Part shown: positions 14,701-29,700 of the stretch, piece by piece
Position numbering within the stretch: the stretch's first letter is position 1
Layout of the letters: every line of letters begins with the position of its first letter
Assembly: GCA_051362555.1 (NCBI GenBank)
Contig: CM120640.1
Span: 4,588,001 to 4,652,000, forward strand
Source of the DNA: Lingula anatina
Taxonomy: Eukaryota > Animalia > Brachiopoda
DNA: 64,000 bases
Direction of reading: 5' to 3'
Position numbers and translations under genes: made by a program
The notes under the pieces: generated by a model
What the model saw: only the letters and a program-made list of their open reading frames with translations
Told to the model about the DNA's origin: nothing
Database searches by the model: none

Positions 14701-17295
14701 AAGCAGTGATCTAAGCTTGGAGAAGTGCATTACGTAAAATCTAGCAAGCAACTACATAACATTACTCAAATGAGATGGCATGTCTATCGATGAATTTATG
14801 CATTAATTATATGTGATTATTACACTGCTGCAGGGCTCAACACTCATTTTTCAGGTCACCTGTCCAGTCAGGCTTATTGCTCACAAGTTTCATCTGTCCC
14901 CAGCTAATTTCCACTTGCACCCCCCCCCCCTCCCCCACCACGCACACACACACACAAAAAAAAATTTTTTTTCAGCTGGTTCATTTAGATGGATATAGTA
15001 ATGGACAGGGTTACATCCTGACTGTGCCATTGTGTAATTCCCACATTGAAAACGATTTTGTCCCTCCTTTTGAGACATGTAGCACCACTTAAGGTACAAT
15101 ATTACAACAATGTTCATTAAAATTAAGTGCAGAGCACGTCTTAATAACAGAAATGAATATTTCTCTTTTTCAATTATTGATTACTCAACATCTGACTGAA
15201 GCCATATTTGTGTACCCAGCACGTGTAGTTAGGGGTTCTATAACGTCCGTGAGCGGCCGGTCATGACCAGTTTGAGCAGTCCGTTTTCAGTGTTTTGACC
15301 AATACATGGTTTTTCTTGTTTTTTCTTTGACCCTGTTGTTAGTGGTAACTTGTAAGTTTCTTTCTTTACATCAAACCGTTGCTAATCTTCAGATGTGACT
15401 ACAATGACTTTCATGTATCAATGTGTGACCTACTTTCTTCTTTCAGTAGCCAGCACTGAAGCCAGGGTTCCCTGGTATTTAAAATGCACCCGTCATCGGA
15501 CTTGACTTACTCTTTGTAATCAAAAAATGAAATAATTATATGCTTGTCAAAAAATTTGGTATGTGAGCTGCTACATAATTGTACAGTGTGGAATTTTTTT
15601 GAAAAATTAATAATCATGAAAGATGTGTACCATATGGAAAAAATCTTGAAAAAAAATTAATTGTATAGGTACGATTACTTGGAATGTCAGAGAAGGTATT
15701 TGGCTTGTATACCTCTCTCTTTGTGAATTACAATAGTCTCACATGACAGTTAGCGGACCCCTGTTTATTTACACTTTGTGAGACACATTTAACTAAGTTA
15801 CGTACAATGTCACTTTATTTTTGGATCAATAAAAACGAATGCATGTCTTTTTGTTCATCCAATTCAATAAAAAAAAAAACATTGTTCAGCATAGTCAAAT
15901 AAACACCTGCCTTTGAAATATTTTGTATACACCTGTTATGTCAACCAATATAAACATTTTTTTAACAAAAAAATGGCTCTGTCACATTTTCAATAGCTCT
16001 GTCACTTTTTTGATAAGCTTCTGGTTTTTATATTACTACTGGCATGCAGTCAACCTGTCTAAAATTAGGTTTGGCACCAGCTTACAAAAACACTGAAACT
16101 GTAGTAATGTTCTCACGACTAGCCAATTCATAATGTTGCCATTGGCTTAAATGTAGGGATGCCGTGGTTTGGTAGCTATTATACCATGCCATAGAACTGT
16201 GTGTCTACAGTAGAAAATGGTATCATACAATGAACCTTTTAACTGCTTCACATCATTAACCCATCCTTGCATATTATGATGGCATGTCTAACTTGAACTT
16301 GGCTGATTTGCTAGGTGAATCAGTGCATTTAAACTGGTGTGACTACCATAATATGCTCAGATAAGATCTATAAACATTGCCAACACTATATGTTCTAAGG
16401 TGGTGTCTTTTGATACATTTGGTGTTAATTTCAAGTCTTAAACAACCTAAAGCCTCTTGTCCTGCTCTTGAAGGAAATTGTCTTTGTTTAGTTTTTTTTT
16501 TTTTTTTTGGGGGGGGGGGGTTCTTTGATCTCTTTTCAAAACTTAAGTTGGTTACCACTGTTGGATTTTACTCTGATTTGTCAGAGATGTGTCAGAGTCA
16601 GAGCTCATAACCTATGCCAAGTTAAGCCTTGGATTGAATTTATGACAGATAGATAATCATATATGTGGGCTTTTCTTTTGTCATGCTACCTTGGATGACT
16701 GAGAATGCCTGATATTAATGCCACATAAAGTTCATTTTTTTGTAACTCAAAGTACACCAGAAATAACTCACTAGCAATATGAAAATGACAGATGATAAAT
16801 CATATTTATTATATAACCTCAGACTTAAAAAAAAAAAAAACTTCTCAGACAATCCCATAATGATAACTGTAGTTGGAACCTAGGATTATATTTGTGATAA
16901 GGGAGGTCATGTGGACATTTCCAGACCTGTGAACATACTACTGCAGCATTTGCCTAATTCTGGGGGTCTAATAAGAAATTAATATGGACATTGTTTTGCA
17001 GCGGTAGTTTTATTGAGAACTGATATGTTTTTAAGGTTATATATGAAATGTTAATTTTGATACAGTGGTTTAAGACTGTATGTGACCATAAGTAACAAGG
17101 ATGGTGTTTAATTACTTGGATAATGATCAATAAAGCAGTTTTTCTTCTATTGTTAATTTTTAAGGAAAAATAAAAACATGCATAATATGAGTATATAATA
17201 AATTTTGTCTTTGTCATTCATTAACATTGCTGATGGTGCATACTTCAGGAAACGGCCTAATCGTTCATTTTTCATTCATTCATTATTTTATATAT

Positions 17296-17346
<51 letters not shown>

Positions 17347-20300
17347 TGTTTATCTATTTGCAGTGAGAGTGACTCCTCCATGCATGTCTCTAGGGTACAG
17401 GATTTGCAAACTGTAAGTGATAATTTTTGTTGTCCTAACTGCCATGTTGCCTTGGTGTAGTTGTTAGATAAAAGTCCAGTAATATGTTTGTAAGGTTTAG
17501 GCTATTGAAATACTTGGAAATGCTAAGTATGGTTAATGAAAAGTTGTAAATGGAGAGCAGGTTTATATTTGACATACCAGTAACAGAGTAAGTGAAAACA
17601 GCTTGTATTTTTTTTCTTTTAGCTGTATATGTAATAGTTACAAATATCCATGAAGGTGTTATTTTAGCTTTTCATTTTCAAGATAACGTTTGTGAATTAT
17701 TATTTATTCAGTCTCTGAAGAACAAAGATGATGAGATATCAAAGTTGAAACAAAGATTGGTAAGTTGATATACATATTATGTCATATCTGTGAAAATATT
17801 GTATAAAGAATTAAATGTGAGATGTAATTACAAAGGTGGAAGATAAGTGAGTATTTAGATGATTGTTTATGACTATATACACTAAACAGTCATTTAAATA
17901 ATTGCATTGTATTGAGTGTAATTCTCGTTGTTTACAATCAGAACCAAGGAACATAAGTTCAGCAGATGATTTAAAAAAAGAACTAAAAACTAATTTTTTG
18001 ATAAGTTCTATGATTGACCATTTTATACTTTACAAAACGGTATAATTGGATATTTTTCTTTTTATTTTTAATGCAGAACATTATAATTGGACATTTCTCT
18101 CTTTACTCTTAGTACCATTATTTTTCAATCTAAATTAATACTTTTAACTTCATAATTTAATTGTATTTGTATTGTATTTGTAAAGTCTACAGAATGTATT
18201 TTTATGGATTTAAGATTCTAAATAAATATATTATTATTATTATTGAAGATGGAGCTTTCCATGACGGGTAGTGCCCGGGGGACAGTCCAACAGGACAAGG
18301 TGGCAATCACCAGGTAGGTTTGCATTTAAAACCAGTAATACCAATCTACAGTAACACGTGCGCATACAGACTGACTGACTGACTGACTGTATGACCTAAA
18401 TATGCCATTATTGGCAGTGTCTTACCTGCAATAATAAAAAAAAAAACATTAAATTCACACATTATGCACAGAGATGGTAAAACAGATGGCAATAAATTTC
18501 ATGTAACTATAATTGATCTAGAAGGAATATGTGAATACAGCATTTTAAGAGAACAAAAGATTGAAATTGGCATTGGGCTTAAAGGGAAAAGATCTGGAAA
18601 CCCAATCAAAATATTTTAATGGAGTATTTCTCACCCTTTATGTGCAACCTGGATGTGTATGCTGTTTGGTTTGTTAGATATAGTAGTAAATTTGGTCCAG
18701 GTTGTTTATACTTTCTCAACATCAGAGCGGGTATTTTGAATAGAAAGACAAAATCATACATAGCCTAGCCTGATCACTAAATTTTCAAATAAATGTTTCA
18801 TCAAACACAAATTTTAAGATAATAATCTACCAAATTAATACTGAAGAATTGGGTAAGAGACATGTGCACAGAGGGGGAAAAATGGGCAGCTTATGAAACA
18901 TCTGCCACACTAGAACTTAAGACCATGGCATTGTAGCATTGGAGCTCCTACTTCAACCTTGATTACTTTGTGTATTTCGCTCCCATTTTTTAGTTTGTGA
19001 TCAGTTAATTTTTATTTGTGCAGATGGCATATAAAATCTGAGATAAGGTTCAATTCATTTTAAAGCAATTACCATTAGCGTTCTTCTTCTTGTTTACTAC
19101 GGCTCTGAAAGAAATAGGAAAGCTCCATTTTTCAAGTGTCCTATACAGACATCACCCCTGCTCATCTTGAAGACTGTGGCAATTGTGGCATAAACATTTC
19201 AAGTGCTACTGTTCTTTATAATCAACCTTGACTAATTATTGCATCAGCATATTCTACCCCCACTTTAGAGTGCAGATGGTACATAACAAATCAGTCGTTC
19301 AGTTTATTTTAAGTCTTGAATTGTTGAATCAATAAAAGGTCTAAATACAGAATATGGTATTGCTTATCATCAGCTTTCATATTTCCTACTATAATTATGA
19401 GAAAATAAGAAAGCTTCAGAAGTGAGCTCAGCTATGACAGAGAAAAATTGTCATGATTAACGTATCATTTTGCCCAGAATTGTTGTTGTTACCACACATG
19501 ACAATAACTCCAGGTCAATTCCCCTCCAGTCAATTGCCCTTCAAACCAAATCTTCTGCAGAAACCATCAGTTTTCTTTCTCAGGTATGCTATAACTTTGA
19601 AAGAAATAAGAAAGCTCCATTACTAATTTCATCTGTTTAGAGAAAAATTGTCATGAATAGCTTTGGTGTAGGTGAGACTGTTACCACACCCGACAACAGT
19701 TCATTTGCCTTCTATACAAAACCTCATGGACTGCCCCACCATCACCCTTACAGATTTTGTGAAATTTCAAACAGGTGGTGATCTGTGAGGGGTAGACAGT
19801 ACTGTCTGATGTTATCTTAAACAAAGACACTAGCAACATTGAAGGTGTCAGTTAGGTATAATATGTGCATTCAGAACAACTTGATCTGCAGACTAAGGGG
19901 CCATTCAGAATAGATGATCCCAGTACTAACTGATCCCCTGACCAAATATGGCCGACCCCGCTTCAAAAGCAATGCTGCTTATTCCTTGATGGTCTCCCCA
20001 CCTCCACATGCTGCAGGGGTCTAGCAATTAAACCTCGGATCCGAGATTTAATTTAACAGTTTAATGGCTCTGAACAGACTACAAAACACTTAAGTGCTAA
20101 AGGGATCCCGATATGTTCTTTTGCCTTTGCAATTTCATTTTTGTTTGATTTTTTACATTTTTTTTCAATAAATGGTGTATGAAATCAAATGTTTTGTACT
20201 TGGCAATTCATTAAGTCCTTTTTTATCATGTAATAGATTGATAATATACAAAGGTATTTTTTGTTTTCAAGTATTAAAACTATATCATTGTAATCAAAGT

Positions 20301-23300
20301 ATATTTTATTCAATATCGGTGCAACTTTGACAATATGAAATCAAAACATTGGATGCATTCAAACCAAAATTAGATTTTACAAAGAAGACTAATGACACTA
20401 ATCAGTGCATCCCATCCGGGGAGTGGTACAGGGGACCTGCAGTCTCAACTGACACCCAATTAGCTTGACAACCACTTAGCTCCACCCCTTGGTTATCAAG
20501 GGGGTGGAGCATAGTGTTCAATTTCCTTACAGTTGCAAATGAAATAGAAAATAAAATGTTTCGCTTCAGAAACTTACAGATTTAATTTAAGTGATATTTA
20601 GACTGTATATTAAGGTTTTAGACAAGGTATAAAAAAAACGATTTTGTCAGTTTAGAAGACCAGAAACCCAGCCCCCCCCCCCCCAAGTTTATTTACACCT
20701 GGTCAGTTTTAGAGTTTAAGAATAAAATCTCAAGTTTATTTAGCAAAAAAAAGTTTGTTGTGAACAAAACCAAGGTGTGGAAAAGTTTGGATTGGAAGCC
20801 TGTGAAATAAAAGAATTATATATGATAATATACTTTGTTCAGAATCTTCTCTAAACCTTTTCCAGAATAACACCTCTTAGCACATCTTCCAAGCAGGCAT
20901 TTGAAAATGGATACATTCCTATTATGCTTTTTAGCTGGTGAAATGAAAACAATATATCATGTTTCAAAAAACCCAGCTGACAGTGACACTGCCGGAGTGA
21001 TCTTAGCCTGTTCTGCCCCTCCCTACTTGTTTCTTTCTTTTTAGGGAGACGAATACATTTTTCCAGATGTCTAGTTCTATTAGACTGCGGCAACTTGAAA
21101 TAACTTAAAATCCTGAGGGCAATGATCCAATATGCAATTACAATATAGGGCTCTTTGGACAGGTTTTTATGTATATATGGGCGTTGTGTGCATGTGTGTG
21201 TATTCGCTAACTTTTTTCATTATAGTTTAAAGACAGGTTGACTGAATAATCAGTTTAAAGTTCACCTGTTTGACTCTCATGGGCCACTGCTAAATACAGA
21301 CCCTGGTTACTGCTACTGCTCATTAGACACTTCAAAGCTCCACACATCATTCTTATAATTGCGGTTAATCACATAACAAGTGCCCCTACATCATCTTGGT
21401 TTTGAGATTGTCCATTGCTTTTTCATAAGTTTGGTAGCAAATTTTTGACTTAACAAAAAATTGTTTATATCTTAGACTGCAGAAAGATTTTGGAACTTGG
21501 GTTTGGTTGTAAACAGTTCGGTGATTTCAGAAAGCCTCGGTTGCATGCTTACAGTGTTCAAGTTTCTAGTCTGAACTGTACAAATTCAGACATGGATATA
21601 AGAATCAGTTTTTTTCCCTGTCTATTAATCTTTCTGCTATCTTTTTATCAATTTTGTGAGAAAAATCTTTTCAATCGTAAGCCTGGATATTGATTAATAG
21701 AATTTTACATGTACACACTAATTCATCTATATATGTTTGGATCACATGTGACTGTCCATGCCATGTGACACAATGGCCATATGAATTTTTTCCTAGAAAT
21801 GCAGGTCCGTAAAGATACCGAATTTTAATATCCCATTAAATTTGTAACATTAAACTTTTATGTTTGATATCTATTTCCATTCCAGCCTTGATGTTAAGTA
21901 TTGAAAAAAAATGATATGTATACATTTTGCACCATTGTCCAGTCATCTAGCTCCTCTTATGGTTCTCAGCCTAATTTATTGAAAGCTTACGTGTATGAAG
22001 ACCAAAACATATATGATTATGCATTTGGATATTTATCTGCACTTTTAGAATATGACCAAAGGCGTCTGTTGTTTGGTCTGTCCATCCATGTGACAAACAC
22101 ACAAATATGATTACATTAGGAATGTGTAACTAGGGCAAATTTATTTCAGAAAACAAGCTCTGCATGGATGAATTGGCAATTGATTCCCCCTCACCTACTT
22201 GTCAAAGGTCATGAAGGTTATCATAAGAAAACTTCTAAACTTGAAAACTCAAAGAGTTGAGATGGTTAGAGGGAATAGTAGTTCAAGTTTAAGGGGGATT
22301 TCAGGGCTAAATATGGAAAAAATCTGGATTTTTTAAAACGAGTTTCTGAAAGTTATTTCACATTTATGTTCTGTTACTTTGTAAGCTGAGCTTAAAAAAA
22401 AAAACTTAAAAAGAGTACTTTAGAAAAAATCCGAAAAAAACATTACACAAAAGATAGAGGTTCGGTTACTGTGGCAGCTTTGCATTTCACATTCTCATTA
22501 CTCCAGTTGAATCTCAAGTTGGAATATTGTTAATTGTCTGGTATCTTTTTCTAGTAATGTTCAGGTACCGTGATTGGGGTTTACTTTGTTGCCCAGTCAC
22601 CAAGATCACTACAGGTCATGTGGCTGACATTTCACGCTTGTAATTTAATCAACCGTGCTATGACTTAAAGTATGTTCCCTTGGGTCATGTTTATGATTTA
22701 TTGCTTCCAGAATACTCGGAGGATAATGATGAAATATGGTATTCTTGTACTTCTTACTTTAAAGAGATATTTTAAAATGAAAATCAGTAGAGTTTTGTGG
22801 TTAAAGTATTAAATACTGGGCCTGGGGTTTTGTCTCAAATGAATTTAAGATATATTTGAATAGCAGTTCAAAAATTGAACAATTTCAAAATAATAAAAAT
22901 GATCTAAAATGAAAACAAGGACATAGTACTGGGAATGATGTACCTGAAAAAATAAGTTACAAAATATTTCATTGAATGTATGTCAGTTTACCAGATGCAC
23001 ATGCATTTTTTTTAGCTGAAACAGAATTGATGGTAAGAAGTCCTTGTGATGCCATGTCCAGAAAGTTTTTAAGGGTTGGAGGAAATGAAAGTGAAAGTGA
23101 ATAAGATTGACTCCAGCAAAATTTGTCTCAATGTGTCTTATGGTAGAATCAATTAAAATGAGCTGATGTGTGTAGGTTATTCCTTAACAACATTCCTGTT
23201 CTTGAAAATGTCACCAAATGAGATCACTTAACATCATCATGAAGGCTACAACTCATATATTGATATCCTATGACAATTTAATATGGTAAACTTTTGATTT

Positions 23301-26300
23301 AATCCATGGTATCAATCATGTTTTGATAAGGTTTTGTCAATTCTTATACATGTCCAACACAGGGCAGGGCGTAAGCAAAGAGGGTAGAGTTTCCTACACA
23401 TCAAACGTGATTCATGAACGTGCCTTGGCCATTGAAAAAGGGGGCGATGGCCTCAAATGTTTTTTGAGAGATTAGCCTTTTTGTTACTGTCACAACTTCT
23501 TACGCTTGGGTGAAAATTGAAAATTCAGTGAACACACACTTTTCATTACATATGATGCTTTCTTTTGATAAAGCCTCTTTATCCTTAAGCTCACACAGAC
23601 AGCGTCTAACATGTTTTTTAAGAGTAGGTAAAGATTGGGTTAAATTTGTCATGAAAATTTAAATGTGCCCCTATATTTTACCAGAAGTTGTTTGCTTCAA
23701 CTAAAGCTAATTATGGTCAGATGTCTTTGTTTCTTGGTCTTTCTTTGTTTCTGGGTTGCAGCTTCATCAGACAGCTGCTGTTAGGAGTAAGACAACCCCG
23801 ATGTGATGGTACCCTCATGCAGATGGCTGTCATTTCACTAACCTTAATAAGAACATGTTTGTACACACTTTGTATTCTTAAATGGGGCTCTGTAAGGGGC
23901 CTTGGTATAATATGTGGTTGACTGTGACATTAGCAGGTTTTTTTATTTTCATCCAGTATGATACATGTTTTTGCAGGTATGTTTGCTGTTTGATTTAGGC
24001 CACCTTGATGTCAAATAAAGGCATGACAGAATATTGAAAAGTTTGGGTAAATAAGGGTCCAACAGGCAGTCTAACTTATTGTGTGCTAGTTGTCAGTAAT
24101 TATATGTTATTTCCCAGACTTATTTTTGAGAGACACAATGTAATATTCTTAAACTAAATGACGTTAAGCTGCCAAAGGGTAGCCATTTGTGGGTCCACAG
24201 AGTTCAGTGACTTATTTTGTTGGTGTATCCAAGAGAGCTGGGAACATATCTGAAACCAGATGGAAAATATTTGATTATTTACCATATATAGAGTGATCAA
24301 AAATAAGACAGTTGCTAGTTCTCTAAAATTATCCCACATACATTCATGTTTTTTAACATGAACTATACCAATGGATATTAGTTTATATGTAAGAAAACAA
24401 GAATTTGACTTAACAAAGTTATCATAAATCTTAATTTTTTATTCAGAAAGATAAAGATTTTAGCACACCCACTTTACCTTTACCTACCCCACTCCCAAAC
24501 CATCAACTCTCACTTTATTTACAATATCTTGAGCGAATGTGATTTCATAAATTTTGAAGGATCTGTAATTATGTTTTGTACTCTGTGATGATTTTGCACC
24601 ATGCTACTAAACTACCAGAGTGGACCTGTAGGCAGGGTGGGGTGGGGGGTGTCAGGGGGTTCAAATGAACTGTCCTTTTTGCTCTAAAAGGTCAGCTCTG
24701 AAGCAAAATTTGATCTGGATTCCATGCCATTTCTCCCTCTGTGTCAAACAAGGGGTAATAAAAGGTCCATATTTTCAGAAAAAAAGAACCTCTTCTTAGA
24801 AATTGATTGCTACAGGCCTGTAAAGCCACATCTACACTTCAGGGCCACACGTAGCTAGTTCCTCAGTAGATATGGCCATGATGTGTGCTGTGCAAGTGTC
24901 TTCAAATAGCATCAAGCAGCCAGTGGAGGCCGATCATCAGTGTGTAGCAGAATGCAGTTGTTTTACCAGTGGCGTCATCTCCAGTCCACAAATGCATTCA
25001 GCACATTGTTTTTATATCATATGACCTTGACTCATCTGCATTAGGTACATGTATACCTTAAGTGATTCCGTGTGGAACAACAAAAGCTGGGCATAAATCT
25101 GACTGGCTTGTCAGCCAGTTACTTATTACAATATTATGAATTTATTATACCATGATATCTATATATTCCAACTCAAGAATTCCTTCTTAATGTTTTTTCT
25201 TCTTTGCTCAAGCTCAGGCAATAATTGTATGCATTTGTTGCATTTTCATTTTTTACAAAAATGAAATTTTTGTCAGAAATACTTATCTAAAACCCTCTCC
25301 TCCTTCCCCCCTTCCAAAAAGTAAATGTTGTATGGCTTTGCAATTGGGACCAAAGCATCCACATATGAAAATACAAGAGAGCAAAAAAACCACTTGTGAT
25401 CTTTTGAGCTACAGTTCCAGTACAAAGCGTGTCAGGTCATTATATCAATGGTGGCATCATCCTGTAGCAAGTGAAATAATTATCAAACCTGTTAGTTTCC
25501 ATAGGGTGTGTAAACTGTGAAGTTTTTATCCTACAAGAAATTGGCCTCTAAAATCTGTTTGCTTGGACAGTTTGTAAGGTGCTTAACTCTCCAGTATGAA
25601 CAAGAAAATTGTGTAGATATCCAATTTTTCAACAGATTAATTGTTCCCATGCAATATCACGAGCTCTTAAATTTTTCTTTTTTTTTGGTGGGGGGGAAAC
25701 TAACATTTGTAAATAGATCGGTGAAATTCGATGAAGTTCACACCTGCAGTATTTGAAATATTGCACTAAAACACAAAGCTCGGGTAAATTCATGGTTTGG
25801 AGATGGGGTTGGTTAGATAAGTGATCTTCAGCACATTGAAAAAAAATTCAAAATATACAATGTATAGTTTATGTTTGATTGGACATTTCATCGTAAAATG
25901 TGAAGTTTCTTTAAGGGAATTTTAAACTTCACAGAAGAAGCAGGGTAATAGATTTCATGCCATGCATAAGGATTCCTTTCAGTATGGTTAAATTCTTCAT
26001 TGGTATGCAGCACAGATGCAGTTTGAATAAAAATAATTGTCAGCCGAGAGTGACATAATTTTTTTTTTACTTTGTAATAATAGATGTTACACAAGCTCTG
26101 TTGTGAAAAGGAAATGTGTAATGTTTCAGTCAACCATTTAATGTTTTATACTCATATCATTATTACTTGACCAATATCAACATCACCTTTTATCATAGTA
26201 GTTTCTTATGATAAACATACAAGGAGATTTTAACATCCCTTGTGCCTATGATCAAGCTACACAGCACGTTTCATGCATATATTTTGTATTTTTCAATTTC

Positions 26301-26736
26301 CTTATACTCTTTTATTTATAACTGGACAGTGCCTGACAAGAACACTTTTGGGTTAATTCATTTGTATCTTTTCATGTGAATTTAAAAATGTAAATTGTCA
26401 GTATCTAACATTTCAGTCATATGACCCTGAAAAAAGGCAAGTTTTGCAGCTCTCCCTAATTGGACATGCAATTTTGCATACAAAAACCATCACTTTTGAC
26501 AGATTGATTGGGTGGTGACTTATTTTGAATGACCTGTATATTATCTATAAATATTACCAGCAGCAGTGCTGTTTGATAAATATCAGTGTGATTTCAAATA
26601 CCATATAGAACATGTTCAATATGCTGCTGGTTCTTGAATTTTTTATCTATTCAGTAATGCAGTGAGTAATCAAAGTTAGACTGAGACGAAACTGATACAG
26701 AATCTACACTTGATATGCAAACCCCTATGTGACCTT

Positions 26737-26772
<36 letters not shown>

Positions 26773-29700
26773 ATCTTGTTTCTGGTATAAAATTAGAGGT
26801 ATACACTGTCTATAAATTGAACAGTTTTCAGTTTTATACATTGAGGTCTATTACTGTTTGGGGTTTATTGTGATATTGTTCCTTCATTTTATGGATAAAA
26901 ACATTTACATTACACTACATATCTCTAGACCCTTGTTCAGTTCAAGCTAACTTCATTAGACCACACCCATTGCAGTTCAAACATCTCATAATATATATTT
27001 TTTTGTAAATTTTGCACTTGTTTATTTAGTAAAGGATTGCAAAAGCTACGACAAAAACAGTAACCCAACATGATTTATATCAATACCAGCACACCCTCAA
27101 TATTATATATCAAACATTTGTATCATTGTAGTATATAAAGAAAGAAAGAATTCCTTGCAAAAATTATTGATGTATTTTACAAGTTTTTACAAAATGTTTT
27201 ACTCTAGATTTGTATACATGAAGACAGTGATAGACCAAAAAATGTTGATGTTCATCAAATAGGAAGAAATACAATCTCACAAAAAATCTCTTTGATTTTC
27301 CCACCGCCCTGCATCTTGTAGCAAGAACTCAACTAGTTTACATAAGGTTAAACATTGGATCTGTTGGGGCCTTTCCATGTACCCATACCTTTGTAACACC
27401 AGTTATATGTCAAGGAGACCCCTATAAGGTCAGAGAGAAAGTTTATTTTATGGATTTGTAGTACTTTCAATGATCTCCTCAAAGGTGTCACCAGTTTAGA
27501 ATCTTGAAGTTACAGTGGGTGTTGGTGCATGGGCCATTTTTATATAGAAATTGGGTGTCCTTATTTCCATAACACTGCACTCACACCAAAAATAATTAAT
27601 TTGTAGGTATTTTTGATAATGTAGTCGATAAAAATACAACTGCCTGTGCAGGGTGGATATTTCTCTAGGCTTTGAATTGAAAGTACACCTCTACTGCAGA
27701 TCTTTGAAATTTGATAGCAATTAAATCTTGAGAGATGAGGGTCCCCTATCTTCTTATTACAGACTGCAATTGTACAGAGCAGATGGTTTCTTGCATCTTT
27801 GTAAATGTAAGAGAAAAAAGGAAAAGCAAGCAGAACTTGAAAAAAAAATTGGAATTGGCCTTTTCTCAGATTTCAACTAGACTATTTCATAATTTCAAAC
27901 ATGTAGTTTTTAAGATAAACCAAAATAGAGCAGTGTTTTAGATTATTCATTATTATTCATCATTATTGTTATTGTAGAGTATCAGTTTTGTTGGGTTTGT
28001 TTCTTTTCCCCTCTCTCTTTCTTAATATTTCTACATAATTATATTGCTGGCTTTTCCAAAAAAAAAACAAAAAAAAAACACACACACACATTCCCAGAAA
28101 GTGAAAGGTAATATGCCTGACAGAAAAGAACATGCAGTTATTTGCTAGTCTTGTTATCTTGTCTTCTGCACTGTTTATGGTTTTTATCCTAGTCTTTTTT
28201 ATTAATGTTTTAAAATATATCATACATATGATAAAGTTACAGAAATCAGCTAAATCTCCTGTCTTGAAAATTGATAGTGTGATTAAGAAAGTCTGTGCAT
28301 GAAATTGTTCAGAATGTGGCTTTTACATGAAAAAATTACCCTAGCCATTCTTCTAGCTGTAAAAATTGCAAAGTCACATTTACACAATTCTGCTTCCTTC
28401 TGTTGTAGTTGCAATGTTGGAGACATAGTGCTACTGTGCCTTGATGAGCGTCATGATCAGTATGTTGTATTCACAGTGGGCACTACACTACATTTCCTGC
28501 ATTCTGATTGTCTGGATGCTCTAGGTCTCAAGACAGGTAAGTGTGAGGATTATTGGGTGGGAGGGGTATATTTCACAGGCTCTTAGGCATAGGGTAGAAA
28601 AAAAACTGCAATTTTTGCCACAAAAGTCTATGAATCAAAATTTGATCTCATTTCTTTGCCATTCCTTAAGTTTGGTCAACTTGGGGGTAAAAAGGTCCCC
28701 TTTTTTGGAAAGAAAACCCCTATGAAATTGCTGGCTACAGGCCTGTTATTCATATTACACGGAAAAACTGTTTGATTTCTTAACTGTAATGTTAGTGACT
28801 TTTTTCATACTAGAAAAGTAGATTTTTTCAAATGAAGAGAACCAATGCAGTGAGTGTGATGTACAACTTACTGCATAAAAGTACTGTAAAATATATCCCC
28901 TATGTATATTCATTTTCTCTACAGATGACTCAACAAAGATGTGTTTTTTAGCTATTTTTATTTATTTATTTGTATGTTATTTTTTTCTAATTTTTTTCCT
29001 GTCCCCTTTGTGCCAGAAAATAATGAAAATTGCAGTTTGTTAAGCAGTCATATTGATACCTGCATATTCAAAATTAAATTTATGCCTACTGGATTCAAGC
29101 AAAATTCTAAACATTTTTTTTCGCCTGCAGTTTCAAGTTTGGTGGCAATGACATTAAGTCTTGTTTAACATATTCCTTTTACCTTGAGTTTTTGGTATAC
29201 ATGTGGGAAGATGCTGGTTATTTAGTGAAAAGGAAGGGACCTCGTGTTGGGATGCTACTTATGCAGGAACAAGTTAGGAGTTTTCCCACAATTGATTGTT
29301 TAGAATGAGGTGCATTGAAGATAACATTTATAAATTGACATTCATCCTACTTCATGACACTTGTCTTTGAGGACTTTTTCTGCCATTTCAGTCACTGGTG
29401 ATAGGAAATCTTGGGTTTTAGCTCAGGTTACTGATAAAGAATACTGTCAAGCAAAGAAGGTAGGTAAAGTACCAGAGATGTTAATGTACACATGAACAAG
29501 TCTATGATTCATTGAGACATTTGGAAACCAGCATAGCTTCTTATGCATACACGCTGCTTTAAATGTGCAAACTAAACATAAGAATAATTTTGTAAGGAAA
29601 TCTTTTGTTTTATAGATTTTGATTGTAAGTTACACATTTGTTTTTTGGATTTGAAAGAAAGTTGGGAATAAAATCAAAATCAGTCGGCAAAGTTTCTGTG

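Noticed and set aside
15447-15474. Possible 28-nt poison exon
   Set aside because: Weak donor (GTATTT) and no other support.
20479-20510. GC-rich hairpin gctccacccc...ggggtggagc
   Set aside because: Looks like the decayed head of a HINE-type repeat rather than a terminator or miRNA.
28925-28945. Possible microexon between Claw exons
   Set aside because: Good acceptor but no credible frame-preserving donor.
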